In this document: one piece after another, positions 41,522-52,677 of the stretch
Layout of the letters: each line of letters begins with the position of its first letter
Numbering within the stretch: position 1 is the stretch's first letter
Origin: Candidatus Methanomethylicia archaeon
GTDB taxonomy: Archaea; Thermoproteota; Methanomethylicia; CALHIW01
Direction of reading: 5' to 3'
NCBI GenBank assembly: GCA_038845975.1
Contig: JAWBQF010000003.1
Location: forward strand, 80,872-144,871
DNA length: 64,000 bases
Position numbers and translations under genes: made by a program
Notes under the pieces: generated by a model
Told to the model about the DNA's origin: nothing
The model's input: the letters and a program-made list of their open reading frames with translations, nothing else
The model's database searches: none

Positions 41522-41746
41522 CTAAACTGCTTTCCATCTTTCCCTTTCTAAATCTATTTTCTTCTTAATGGCTTTCTTAACAGCTTTATAATGCTTCTCA
41601 CATAGATATATATTTCTCCCTCCACTCTTAAATTGAAACCCTACATTGGATGGTATGCTTTTTAAAGATACTGACTTAACGGCCCGATCAGTACAGTTAT
41701 GAATAGAGCATTCAACCCCCTTTCCAACCTTCCCCATCAAGACCAC
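41522..41746 (-). CDS. Small basic C3H zinc-finger protein
   Basis: CSIHNC...YLCEKHYK; Lys-rich. Confidence 0.75.
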   Translation of the reverse strand: MVLMGKVGKGVECSIHNCTDRAVKSVSLKSIPSNVGFQFKSGGRNIYLCEKHYKAVKKAIKKKIDLERERWKAV

Positions 41747-41796
41747 TATAACCTAAATAGTACTGAATTATTTAAGCTTACCTACAGGTTACTATG

Positions 41797-41830
41797 CTTT
41801 GTGGACTTAAGTATGTTTATTACCTTCTAA
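41797..41830 (-). repeat. Solo degenerate IS6 right end
   Basis: gctttgtggacttaagtatgtttattacc. Confidence 0.5.
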
Positions 41831-42008
41831 GCTAATCCAGGGAAATAGGTTAATAAAACCTACAAACATGAATGATATCCTCATCCTATTAAAGAACCCT
41901 AGTTATCAATCATGCTTAATATAGGATAAAAATACTCCTACCTAAACTTCTAAAGTTGACAGGCAACAATACCTATTAGTAATTGGTATCCTATAACTAT
42001 TTGGAGTA

Positions 42009-43952
42009 CTAGCTGTACGGCTCCATCCTAACCAATGTTGAGTTAAAGCTTGATCCTCCACCTAGTATTTGAGGCTTATCTGATGTTATAGTGTTTTGAG
42101 GTTTACCATTAACTCCTATACAGAGCCGTGGAGACCATAATGTACCTTTTAAAACTTTATTTGTTACTATTGCTTTAAGTATTACTTCACCTTTATCATT
42201 ACATAGTTTAACCAGCTTCTGATCTTTAACTCCATGTTTTTCAGCATCTTCAGGATTTATCCATACAGTAGCTGGTATTGCCCCGTAAACGTCTTGGAAT
42301 TGGCTGTGAGTATATTTTGAGTAAGCACTCGTAATAAGTGTAAGATATCCCCTTTTGGTAGGAATTGGTTTTTGCATTGGAATTGGAGAAATATTGTATT
42401 TTTCTGCTTTTGTAGAGTAGATTTCAATTTTACCTGTAGGTGTTTGATAGATTTCTTTAGGTTTTGCTTTTAGTTTTAATGTTTCTCCTCTAAAAAGATT
42501 GTCTAGTACCTCATTTTCAAAGGCGTTTATTAAAGCTTTTTTAAGAGCGTTAAGAGGATCTTCATAAAGCCACCATTTCCTTAAGTTAAGTTTCTCTGAT
42601 AGCTTCCCAGTAACCCATAGTTCATCTCTACTCTCACCTAGAGGCTCTAAAACATTTCTATATAGTTTAACATAGTTATGGCTGTAGGGTATAACTAAAT
42701 CTTTCTTTTCTAGGAATGTTGGAGCTGGTAATACTATATCAGCGTATTCTGTAGTTTCACTCCAATGTGTTTCATGAACTACTGTAAATACATCATTTCT
42801 AGCTAGTCCCCTTCTAACTGCTTGCTGATTTGGTAGTGATGCTAGTGGATTCATGTTGTGGATCCAGATAAATTTGAATTTTCCTCTCTCTAATAATCTA
42901 CCCAATGCTACTTGGCTAACTGTATATGGTTTTCTATGAGTTAATTTTTCACCTGTTAAGTATGGTAGGTCGACGCTCCATCCATCACTATTAGTATAGT
43001 AAAATCCCCGATGAATACCTATTAATGCAGGTAGTAGGGATACTGCTCTAACAGCCTCCCACCCATGAATACTTTTCTGTAGCCCTATCCCAATCATGAT
43101 CACGCTAGGCTTTAAAGATCCATAGATTTCACCGAACTCTCTAATAATACTCCACGGCACTCCAGTTGTTTCCTCGATTTCCTCTTCACTCCACTTTAAA
43201 ACTTCATTTTTAAAGTATTGGTAGCCATAAGTGTATTTATCTATGAATTCATGATCTATATGATTCTTCTCTATTAAGTATTTAGCTACCCCATAAGCTA
43301 ATGCTACGTCAGAGCCTGGTTTAGGCTGAATCCATAAATTAGCATTAGCAGCAGTTTCACTAAGTCTAGGATCTACTACAATTATTTTAGATTTACTTCT
43401 TAATGTTTTAAGCAATAGATGTGGAGCACTTACAGCAGCATTAAACCCCCAGTAAATAGTAAGCTTCATATTTACTAGTTCATCTGGAAGTACTCCATAG
43501 CTAAGTCCATAATGCATCTTTAAAGCTTCACGTCCAGACTTACTACATATACTGTAGTCAGTTCTTGATGCTCCTAAAGCATACCATAATCTCTGAGGCA
43601 TATACCATGTTAGAACCCCCATGTTACCAGCATAATTGATATGTAATACAGCTTTAGATCCATAGTTTTCAATGGTGTTTCTTAGCTTTTCAACTATAAG
43701 ATTTAAGCCGTAGTCCCATGATATACGTTTAAATAGTTTACTTGGCTTTTCACCAGTACGTAGATATGGGTATAGTATTCTGCTTACACTATGTGTCCTC
43801 TTAGGATCTGCATAGCCTCTAGGGCAAAGTATACCTTCAGTAATAGGGTTCTCAAAACTTCCCTTAACCTCCCTAATAATATTATTCTCTACATATACCT
43901 TCATGAAGCATGTATCATAACAATCCCTAGAGCAGACGCTATCTACAATCAT
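42009..43952 (-). CDS. Molybdopterin-dependent oxidoreductase (DMSO reductase superfamily)
   Basis: CSRDCYDTC...LCPRG Fe-S motif; ADIVLPAPTFLE; TPTGKIE; C-terminal MGD-binding domain. Confidence 0.93.
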   Translation of the reverse strand: MIVDSVCSRDCYDTCFMKVYVENNIIREVKGSFENPITEGILCPRGYADPKRTHSVSRILYPYLRTGEKPSKLFKRISWDYGLNLIVEKLRNTIENYGSKAVLHINYAGNMGVLTWYMPQRLWYALGASRTDYSICSKSGREALKMHYGLSYGVLPDELVNMKLTIYWGFNAAVSAPHLLLKTLRSKSKIIVVDPRLSETAANANLWIQPKPGSDVALAYGVAKYLIEKNHIDHEFIDKYTYGYQYFKNEVLKWSEEEIEETTGVPWSIIREFGEIYGSLKPSVIMIGIGLQKSIHGWEAVRAVSLLPALIGIHRGFYYTNSDGWSVDLPYLTGEKLTHRKPYTVSQVALGRLLERGKFKFIWIHNMNPLASLPNQQAVRRGLARNDVFTVVHETHWSETTEYADIVLPAPTFLEKKDLVIPYSHNYVKLYRNVLEPLGESRDELWVTGKLSEKLNLRKWWLYEDPLNALKKALINAFENEVLDNLFRGETLKLKAKPKEIYQTPTGKIEIYSTKAEKYNISPIPMQKPIPTKRGYLTLITSAYSKYTHSQFQDVYGAIPATVWINPEDAEKHGVKDQKLVKLCNDKGEVILKAIVTNKVLKGTLWSPRLCIGVNGKPQNTITSDKPQILGGGSSFNSTLVRMEPYS

Positions 43953-43982
43953 TAATACACCGAAATCTAGATTAATGTAAAT

Positions 43983-44883
43983 ACCCTAGTTCCCACCAAA
44001 TAAAGTTTATGTTTTTTGATTGATGCCTTATAGGTATGGGACTTGGAGATGGCTATAGGAAAAAGAGGCTGATTTCATAAGGTCCGTTATATTGCCTAAG
44101 ATGGAGGGATGCTATTCCTCTAAGGCTAATAGGGAGAAAATGAGCCTATATGACCTCGTAGCCTTCGCTGTGTCGGCTCATAAACATTTTGGAGGGGTCT
44201 ATAAGAGGGCTTACAGGCTCCTCATAGAGGAGCTTAAGACCTTTCCTAAGATAAGGTATAATAAGCTTGTTGAGAGGCTGAATAGGTGGGGCTACTGATT
44301 AAATGCCTGAGGCTTTTCAAGCTTAATGGGCTGATAATAGTTGATTCTAAGCCTATTGAGACGAAGAGTCTGGCTAGGTTTGGTAGGCATGCGAAGAGTA
44401 GCAGGTTAGCCTTAATTAGGGGAAGCATAGGCTTCAACCCATTAAAGGGGGTTCTACGTAGGCTAAAGGCTACGTGCTGCACTGATAGCAGGTATATGAG
44501 TCTCTTATACGTTGACCAGCAAACAAGCATGACCTAGTTGTCATAAAGGAGAACAGGGCTGAATTCGCTAAAAGATTTAAAGGTTGTCCTGCTTGATAAG
44601 GCTTATGTAGATGGGCAGTTTGAGGAGGATATGAGGATGAATGGGGTGGGTTACATAGCGATAAAGAGGGATAACATGATTAAAGGCGAGGTGGAAAGAC
44701 TCAGCTACAGGATTCTATCAAGAGTGAGGAGGATGATAGAGACTCACTTCTATTAGCTTGAGAAGCTTGGACTTAGGTTTATGAGAGCCGTCTCAAAGAG
44801 AGGCTTAGCGGTCAAGGTCATCTTAGCCATACTAGCCTTCAACATATACTACACGTGGAAGGGAATTTGATGGGAACTAGGGT
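43983..44883 (+). mobile_element. IS982-family element, frameshifted transposase
   Basis: TIR accctagttccca.caaat / atttgatgggaactagggt; 10-bp TSD taatgtaaat; IIVDSKPIE, LLDKAY, RRMIET motifs; higher GC. Confidence 0.88.
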
Positions 44884-44963
44884 TAATGTAAATAATTGTT
44901 TCGGTTTTCTCATGTATTTTAATTCTAAAGCTCCATCATCTTATTAGTTCCAGTCATATTATG

Positions 44964-45509
44964 CTAATTAATGGTTTTAGTATATAGTTTAAGATTTGTA
45001 TTTAGTCGTGGTATAAGAGCCATTATAGTACCGTAATATGTTAAATCTCTTCTAAGCACAGTATTTCCTGTTAGTAAGCTTATAAATCCTCCCTTTTCAC
45101 CTATATTTCTAGTTCCATATATTTCGTCAACAACGGATTCAAGCTCATCAGCTTCACCTTTAACTATTTTCTCAACAATAAATAATGGAACCTCGAAGGA
45201 TGGGCTTAAACCATAGGTAAACCATCCATTACGATCAACTATAGCTACAACCTGAACGTCAAACCATCTATCATTAACACTATATATGCCTGCCTCAACG
45301 CCAACACCATGATCAGCATTAGTCACTCTAATAGCATTTACAGCTCTACTTATAGCTCCTTTAAATATCATATCTAAACCGAAGGGCTGACGTGGTACAT
45401 TAGACGAGGCTTTAAGAGACTTAAACTCAACATCAGCAAAAAACTTTAGGTAAGCCTTTCTAATACCCTTAATTTTAGATTTATTCACACTACCAATAGC
45501 AACAATCAT
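44964..45509 (-). CDS. yjjX: Inosine/xanthosine triphosphatase (YjjX family)
   Basis: IGSVNKSK, SNVPRQP, GAISRA, GVGVEAG. Confidence 0.88.
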   Translation of the reverse strand: MIVAIGSVNKSKIKGIRKAYLKFFADVEFKSLKASSNVPRQPFGLDMIFKGAISRAVNAIRVTNADHGVGVEAGIYSVNDRWFDVQVVAIVDRNGWFTYGLSPSFEVPLFIVEKIVKGEADELESVVDEIYGTRNIGEKGGFISLLTGNTVLRRDLTYYGTIMALIPRLNTNLKLYTKTIN

Positions 45510-45655
45510 GAGTAAACAAATCTTAAAACCATATATTTTTAATGGTGTTATGTATTCTAACTAGCATGTCATGAAACATATAGAAAATATTGCGTATTAC
45601 TACTAAGTATACTAAGATGTTACGTCCAATATGTTAATCGAAACATTTAAATTGC

Positions 45656-46771
45656 TTGAGTAATTTTACCCGTATGGAGTTTGGAACTGTTGCCTCAACT
45701 TTTCCACCTATATCTGATGCGTCTAGAACTGTGAAAAGAGTTGAGGAGAAGGGTTATGATTCGGTATGGTTTCCAGATCATTTAATGGGTTGGTATCCGC
45801 ATGACTTATGGATGGAGATGCCCTTCGCTTTAAGATATCCTTCATGCCATATGTTTTACGATGCTTTCTGTTCTCTATGTTATGTAGCTCCATTAACTGA
45901 AAGGATTAAGCTCGGAATAAGTGTTACAGAGGTTTTTAGAAGACATCCAGCAGTACTATTACAGCAAGCTGTAACCGCAAATCACGCATCTAATGGTAGA
46001 TTTATTTTAGGTATTGGAGCAGGTGAAGCTGAAAACATAGTTCCTTACGGCATCGAGTTTAAGAATCCAGTCTCCAGGCTTGAGGAAGCTCTTAAACTAA
46101 TTAATATCATGCTCAAAAGCAACTACGGTGAAAAAATAAATTTTAACGGTAAATTCTATAGGTTTAAGGATGCTGTCTTCGATATCAAGCCAATAAGTAA
46201 AATACCTATATGGATTGGTGCTCATGGAGATAAAATGTTGAGAATAACTGCAAAATATGCTGATGGATGGATACCTACAAACATGCCTCTGGACATCTAT
46301 AGGGAGAAACTTAAAAAACTTGAATTATATGCTAAAGAGGAAGGTAGGGATCCATCCGAGATAAGGAAGGCTATGTTCACACATTTAGTTATAGATGAGA
46401 GGAGAGAGGATGTGGAAAACCTTCTTAAAAAACCCGCCCTGAAGATATACTCTCTGCTAATGTCTTCAGAGCTCTACGAGATGTTAGGTTATAAGCATCC
46501 ATTCGGTAAATTTTATGGATTAACCGATTACATACCTACAAGGTATACGAAGAATCAGATAATAAATGCATTAGAGAAAATACCTATAGAAATAGTTAGA
46601 AAGACATTTATATGCGGAACTGTTGAGGATGTAGTTCAAGAGCTAGATAAATATGCAAATATAGGTGTAGAACATATAGTAATATGGAATTTAACATACT
46701 TTGGAGATCCATCGAAAATAAAATCATCATATAATTTAATCGATGAAGTAGTAAAACATTTTAAATCGTAA
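45656..46771 (+). CDS. LLM-class (F420/flavin) oxidoreductase
   Basis: GYDSVWFPDH, RRHPAVL, GRFILGIGAGE, IWIGAHG. Confidence 0.9.
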   Translation: MSNFTRMEFGTVASTFPPISDASRTVKRVEEKGYDSVWFPDHLMGWYPHDLWMEMPFALRYPSCHMFYDAFCSLCYVAPLTERIKLGISVTEVFRRHPAVLLQQAVTANHASNGRFILGIGAGEAENIVPYGIEFKNPVSRLEEALKLINIMLKSNYGEKINFNGKFYRFKDAVFDIKPISKIPIWIGAHGDKMLRITAKYADGWIPTNMPLDIYREKLKKLELYAKEEGRDPSEIRKAMFTHLVIDERREDVENLLKKPALKIYSLLMSSELYEMLGYKHPFGKFYGLTDYIPTRYTKNQIINALEKIPIEIVRKTFICGTVEDVVQELDKYANIGVEHIVIWNLTYFGDPSKIKSSYNLIDEVVKHFKS

Positions 46772-47147
46772 AACCTAACAGCAATAATAGTAATAATACA
46801 TAAGAATATCTAAGGCCATATATGGAAAATATAACATCATAATGATTAGAGTAAATGTATTTTCCCCAATAAATCTAATAACCTCAGCCATACTGCTATT
46901 ATAAATGGGGAACCGAATAAGGCGATGAGCTCAAGACGAATAGCTTATTTATAATGTCGTAGTAGCTGTAGGAAAGATGATGGGTAGCTGAGAACTGGAA
47001 ATAATAGTTTAAACGATAATCCTCTCCTAAATATATCAAGTTATTCGTTGAAGATAATAAAATTCGAAGTACCTATTATAGCTATTAGTTATGAAGCAAT
47101 GAATACGGTATTCTTAATGAGAAGATATATATTCTACCTAGGATAGT

Positions 47148-47822
47148 ATGCTCGTGCATATCAGTTCTCTTGAGTATCTAATTAATCAGGAAGACGATGA
47201 GATCAGGAAAATAGCATTTATAGCTAAAAAATATATGGTTAATGATAGTAGTGGACATGATTGGCATCACGTCTTAAGGGTTTTCAATCTATGTATTAGA
47301 ATAGGCTCAAAGCTAAATATTGATTTAAAGGCTTTAAAAATAGCCTCTCTACTACATGATATTGGATTAACGTATGAAATTAAATTAAACGTAGATCATG
47401 CAGTGAAGAGCGCTCAGCTAGCTAAGGAAATTCTAGGTGAGCTCGGCTATTCCGATATATTCATCAATAAAGTCTATAGTATAATTTTAAGCCATAGATA
47501 CGGTGTAGAGAGAAGCTCAGAACTTCTTGAGGCTAAGATTTTACAGGATGCTGATCGTCTTGATGCTATCGGAGCTATAGGGATTGCAAGAGCGTTTGCA
47601 TATGGTGGTGCAAGGGGAGCACTAATATGTAATCCTGAAGAGGAGATCGAGGAATACAATCCATTTAAAGTAAAATCCACAATTATCCACTTCTATGAGA
47701 AGCTTCTAAAGATAAGGGATAGCTTAAATACCCAGGAGGCTAAAATAATAGCTGAGGAAAGACATAAATTCATGGAGGAATTCCTTAAACGCTTCATTAA
47801 GGAATGGATTGGAGAAGCATAA
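47148..47822 (+). CDS. HD-domain phosphohydrolase (YedJ-like)
   Basis: HDWHHVLRV, LLHDIG, QDADRLDAIGAIGIAR, HFYEKLL. Confidence 0.92.
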   Translation: MLVHISSLEYLINQEDDEIRKIAFIAKKYMVNDSSGHDWHHVLRVFNLCIRIGSKLNIDLKALKIASLLHDIGLTYEIKLNVDHAVKSAQLAKEILGELGYSDIFINKVYSIILSHRYGVERSSELLEAKILQDADRLDAIGAIGIARAFAYGGARGALICNPEEEIEEYNPFKVKSTIIHFYEKLLKIRDSLNTQEAKIIAEERHKFMEEFLKRFIKEWIGEA

Positions 47823-48137
47823 CTACATGGAATTATATAAGTGTTAAGATAATAAAATTAAATTCAATAAATAAGACTAAACAGCTACATCATGAATATT
47901 CGTCCCTTTGCTTTAATTCCCCACAATCAATAACAAGAACAACATATTGAAGGGCATCTAAACTACATATAGTTTGAAGTTTCCTCGAATATGATTATTT
48001 AACTCGTACGCATCGGCTTAACCTAATAAATTATCTATTTGGAAGCTCTTGATTTCCTCTAATCAATATGACTGATTGTTATGATTTAGGATATTGGTTT
48101 CTATTATGGAATCCAATTCGACGTTGATTATTTTAGG

Positions 48138-49175
48138 TTATGGTTTAATTGCTATTTTTAATGCCTTTTTAGATGTTGTAAGCATTTGGAAGATTTCTCT
48201 TATCCTCTCTAGTGGATATGAGTCCGTTATTAGTGGTTTTACGTTAACTATATTGCTTGCTATTAGATTTAATGCTTGATGGAATTCCTGCGGTGATGCG
48301 TGAAAGGAACCTATTATGGATACTTCACCATAATGTAGGAGCTCAGTATTAACCTTAATTTCCGTATTTGGTGGGCATCCTCCAAACATTAAAACCCTAC
48401 CTCCTTTTCTAACAAGATTTAATGCTTGCATCCATGTTTCTAACGTTCCCACACATTCAATAACTACATGTGCACCATACCCTTTAGTTTCCCTTTTTAC
48501 GCATTCAATAGGATCCTCATAATTAATGTTTACTATTACATCTGCGCCTAGAGACTCCGCAACTTTAAGTCTTTCATCAACGGTATCAGTGATGATGATC
48601 TTGGATGCACCCATATGTTTCGCTAATTGTAGATGTAGTATTCCTATTGGTCCCGAACCGATAATAGCTACTGTTTCCCCAGGCCTTATATTTGTTTTTA
48701 ATGCTCCATGAAGTACACATGCTAGAGGCTCTGTTACTGCCGCCTCCTCATAGGATAGATGAGGAGGAATCTCATGAAGATTAAGCTTAACTATTGATTC
48801 AGGAACCTTAATATAATCTGCATAAGCCCCCCAAAGCCAAACCCTATCTTCACAGAGATTAAATCTTCCCTCACGACACATTTCGCATTGAAGGCATGGA
48901 GCTGAATTCCCTCCCCGAACTCTCATACCCACACTAAATTTTTTAACTCCTCCTCCAATCTCAACAATATCTCCAGCCCATTCATGACCGAATGGTGATG
49001 GAAAACCTATAACACCGCTAACATATCCCCTCTGAAATATTTTAACATCAGTACCACAGGTTGTTGCAGCCCTAATCCTTACAAGAACCTCATCATGACC
49101 AATATTAGAAATATCAGTTTCCTCAATTCTAATATCTCCAATACCATACAACATGGCAACTCTAGATCTAACCAT
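48138..49175 (-). CDS. Zn-dependent alcohol dehydrogenase (TDH/SDH-like)
   Basis: CGTD, GHEWAG, CxxCxxC..C, GSGPIG. Confidence 0.93.
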   Translation of the reverse strand: MVRSRVAMLYGIGDIRIEETDISNIGHDEVLVRIRAATTCGTDVKIFQRGYVSGVIGFPSPFGHEWAGDIVEIGGGVKKFSVGMRVRGGNSAPCLQCEMCREGRFNLCEDRVWLWGAYADYIKVPESIVKLNLHEIPPHLSYEEAAVTEPLACVLHGALKTNIRPGETVAIIGSGPIGILHLQLAKHMGASKIIITDTVDERLKVAESLGADVIVNINYEDPIECVKRETKGYGAHVVIECVGTLETWMQALNLVRKGGRVLMFGGCPPNTEIKVNTELLHYGEVSIIGSFHASPQEFHQALNLIASNIVNVKPLITDSYPLERIREIFQMLTTSKKALKIAIKP

Positions 49176-49535
49176 ATAGGTAAGTTAAGAAGCCAACTAA
49201 TAAACTTATAATTAGTTCTAAAATCCGTAAAACATAATTCTTGAGACTCTACCCAGGAAGATAATTCCACCCTACAGCCTACATAAACTTTCAGGTATGT
49301 ATTCTAATGTTTACATATAGAGGATAGGTGGTGGAATCAGATATAGGTAATGGGGCATTAAATAAAACCATAAATCCTACTATTAGCGTTTACATAATAA
49401 CATTGTATATTTAAATGCAAAATATAAATTTCTTGAATTCCTATCGGAATCGTGGAGGAAATAAACTAATTAATGTTGTAAGTTTAAATAGTTCAACTTT
49501 CTCTAGAGGTTAAATAACTCTTTTAAACTTGTAAC

Positions 49536-49860
49536 GCCTTGTAAACTTAAACATATTTATTACCTCTTTAATTTATGTTTTCATTAGTTTTCATTACCTA
49601 TTTTTCTATCAACTCATGTCTCATTAATTATGAATATTCTTAGCTTCATATGCATGGATGATATTCATTACTACATTTACTCTTCAATAGTTACATAATT
49701 GAAATCACTCCATAATTCTATTCTTAACCGTATTATCCTACTAGATTACTCTAAACTATGTTCATGCTTAAATTTAGTATTCTACATGAAGCTCTACAGT
49801 ATTTATCATCATTGCTTAATATGATATCTTTAGCTGTAAGTAGTTAAGCATGGAAGCACT
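49536..49860 (-). mobile_element. Degenerate IS6 3' half
   Basis: gccttgtaaacttaaacat end; tatgaatattcttagctt and ctaaactatgttcatg match 62490 copy. Confidence 0.6.
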
Positions 49861-50118
49861 ATTGAAAGATTCTCCGCATGGATAACAGCGTTCAGAAGAA
49901 TAACTATAGGGTATGAGAGGCCAGCATCAACATTCCTAGCATTCATATAGATAGCATACATAATAATACTACTAAGAGTTTTCAGATGAGTTCGTTGTTA
50001 ATCAAAATAATCTGACATTTCCATCAGAGCTGATGAAATCTAAAAATCTAAGCCATGATAGTATGACTACATATAGCTTAACTTAACACTTCCATATTCC
50101 TAGTAGTGAATTACTAGT

Positions 50119-51483
50119 CTATGTAATGCTATGAGTATTTAACCATATTCTTTTAATTCCAACCTCATCAAAACCTCTATCTTCAGTTACTATTGCTTGT
50201 AGTGCTTTGTGGCTTAATTCTTTAAGTTTCTTATGTTTTACTTTAATTTATGTATTGGTTTGTTGTTGATGAGAGGCTTATTAGGCGTGGTGAGCTTCTA
50301 CTTGGCTTAGACTTTCTTGAAGGCTATGATGTTGAGCTTATGGATTTGAATATTGGTAAGGTAGGTCATCCCTTCAAGCTTACCGTTAGGTATGTTGAAT
50401 TCTTTATGGTTGTACGTTATCTCTTCTCGATGCCTTATAGGCAGCTTGAAGGCTTCACCTTTGAATAGGCTTATCCATCAGTTGATTACTCATGGATTAG
50501 GAGACGTATATTAACGCTTAACCCATCTTTACACGCTGAGGGTTTCAGGAGGTCCTATTACTATAGCTGTTGACTCAAGCGGTGTTAGCATAAGTCTGGT
50601 GGATGGATTACAGTATACATGGAAGAAGAAGCGCTACATTAAGATCCACTTCGTAGTAGACGTTAAGACTAGGGAGGTTTAGCTATGGATGTAACAACAG
50701 ATGACGTTCACGACTCAGAAGCGGCATTAATCAATGATGCATCTAGGGAGGGTTTCCGAAGCTGTTATGGATGGAGCCTACGATAATTCTGAAGTCTACA
50801 ATCTCCTTAGAAGGATGGGTGTAAAACCCGTCATAAAGCCTAGACGTAATGCTAGAGATGATAGAGGTCCTGGAGAGGTGTAGGATGGTTAGGCTTATCG
50901 GAAGGATGGGTGATGAAGGATGGATGGGGATGATGGGCTACGGTAGACGTTGGGCTGTTGAAACAACATTTCCAACATTAAACGCCAGTATGGAGAATAC
51001 TGCATGGCAAAAAACATGGAATAAAGAAAGAACTAGAAGCCAAGCATACATATACAACACGCTAATAAACCTATAAAGCAAAATCAAAAAGAAACATAAA
51101 ATCAGAGAAGAAACCTAGACAACAAAGAATTAAGCCACAAAGCTCTTGTAGTCCCTGTAGTTCTATCGTTACTGTATGAATCGCATCTGAGGGTTTAAAA
51201 CCTTGCTTAATGTATTTTTAGCATCCAAATACTCCCCTAAACCTATTGGTATTACCTCTATATATGGAAGAACAGCTTTATCTAGAAACTCCATTTTATC
51301 AATTGAGGATACATCATATTTCTTCTCGGAGATATATATCGGCTCATCAATTACAATTGTATTGGTTTAAAGTTGATGTTTTCTTATCAAGTCAATCCAT
51401 AAACCATCAATAAACTAGGATGTTTCAAAGGATGTTCTAACATTCAAATATATGAATATACTTGCATCTATGAATATTTTCAT
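50119..51483 (-). pseudogene. vapC: VapC/PIN toxin pseudogene interrupted by IS5
   Basis: MKIFIDASIFIYL...PSDAIHTVTIELQGL|IS|QAIVTEDRGFDEVGIKRIW; internal stops. Confidence 0.82.
50204..51143 (+). mobile_element. IS5-family (IS903 group) element, frameshifted
   Basis: 20-bp TIR gctttgtggcttaattcttt; TSD (g/t)cttgtagt; RLIRRGEL, MPYRQLEGF, IAVDSSG, MDGAYD, YGRRWAVET motifs. Confidence 0.9.
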
Positions 51484-51671
51484 TGATAAATTCCTCTTCT
51501 AAATCTATATTTACTAAATCCCCTAATCTAGCCCCCTTACCGGTAATTCTACTTCCTCTCTCCCTAATCCACTTTAAAGCTTCCTCAATATCCATAAACC
51601 TCTAATAGCAAGTTCATCTTCGGTACTATGATTTGGCCCTTAAGCCCAATCTTTAATCTTAGTTTAACCAT
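51477..51671 (-). pseudogene. AbrB/MazE antitoxin remnant
   Basis: MVKLRLKIGLKGQIIVPK; overlaps vapC start. Confidence 0.7.
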
Positions 51672-51728
51672 AAGTTTCACTAAGCATAACTAAAAGTTAA
51701 ACAATTAAAGCTTTACTATCCCTTGGAT

Positions 51729-51793
51729 GGCTTTGTTAACTTAAGCATGTTTTACTACTCTATTTTGGTATTGTGTTTTCCATGAATTCTTAG
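51729..51793 (-). repeat. Solo IS6 right end
   Basis: ggctttgttaacttaagcatgtttt...gaattcttag nearly identical to 62490 end. Confidence 0.8.
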
Positions 51794-51810
51794 ATTTATG
51801 AAATCTACTG

Positions 51811-52677
51811 TTAAGCTATTGTTACAAGTATAGCTCCTAGAATAATAGCTATAGCGCCAATAATAAGTTTAGATGTTATTTTCTCTATATCTTTAAGATA
51901 GTAGTGGATTAGGAGGAGTATGAATAGAGGCTCTATTTGTATTAGTGGTGTAACAGTTGAGACATTACCATATTTAAGAGCATAAAATGCTAAGAGATGT
52001 CCTATACAAAGCCCTACGCCAGGCTTCCAGAATAGCTTAAAGGAATACTTATCAATTAATGTTGAACCCCTAGATATTATAGGGAGGGTGAAAATATAGA
52101 GGCAGAAGGCAGCAATATATCCAATAGCAACACCCATAATTGGCGTATCACATATATTTAATCCCTTCTTCTTAATAACATATGAGAAGCCAACAAGTAC
52201 TGCTGCTAGAATTGGATAGATTAACTCTTTCACTCTACCCTTCAACTCTACATTACTACTATGTATAGCTCTCTGTACTATTATTGCTCCAAATACGACA
52301 CATATTATACCTAGCCATAATCTAAATGTTAACTTCTCATTCAGTAAAGTTACTGCGATTAGAGAGCTGAATATAGGATATGAAGCATATATTGTTGCAT
52401 TAATTGATGCTCCAATTTCCTCCATGCCTTTAAAATAGAGAAGTCTAACAAGCCCCGGCTGGAGGAAGCCTGCTAGTAGAAAGAGAAGTACTCCATACAT
52501 ATTTATAGATTCTAGAGGAGTTAATAGTAAAGCTAATGGTATGAAAATAACTGCTCCAACAATAGTAATAACTAGGGATACTGAAATAAAGTTCGATGTA
52601 TTCAATCCCTTTCTAATAAAAACAACTGATACTGCCCAAATTAAGGCTGTTAATATAGCTAAAATAGAATCAATCAT
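51811..52677 (-). CDS. EamA/DMT family transporter
   Basis: 10 TM in two repeats; LLNEKLT, ALKYGNVSTVTPL. Confidence 0.9.
   Translation of the reverse strand: MIDSILAILTALIWAVSVVFIRKGLNTSNFISVSLVITIVGAVIFIPLALLLTPLESINMYGVLLFLLAGFLQPGLVRLLYFKGMEEIGASINATIYASYPIFSSLIAVTLLNEKLTFRLWLGIICVVFGAIIVQRAIHSSNVELKGRVKELIYPILAAVLVGFSYVIKKKGLNICDTPIMGVAIGYIAAFCLYIFTLPIISRGSTLIDKYSFKLFWKPGVGLCIGHLLAFYALKYGNVSTVTPLIQIEPLFILLLIHYYLKDIEKITSKLIIGAIAIILGAILVTIA

Noticed and set aside
46905-46945. Active hammerhead ribozyme or fluoride riboswitch
   Set aside because: Core reads CGATGA/GAAT with no NUH cleavage site; GGCGATG lacks the pairing CGCC
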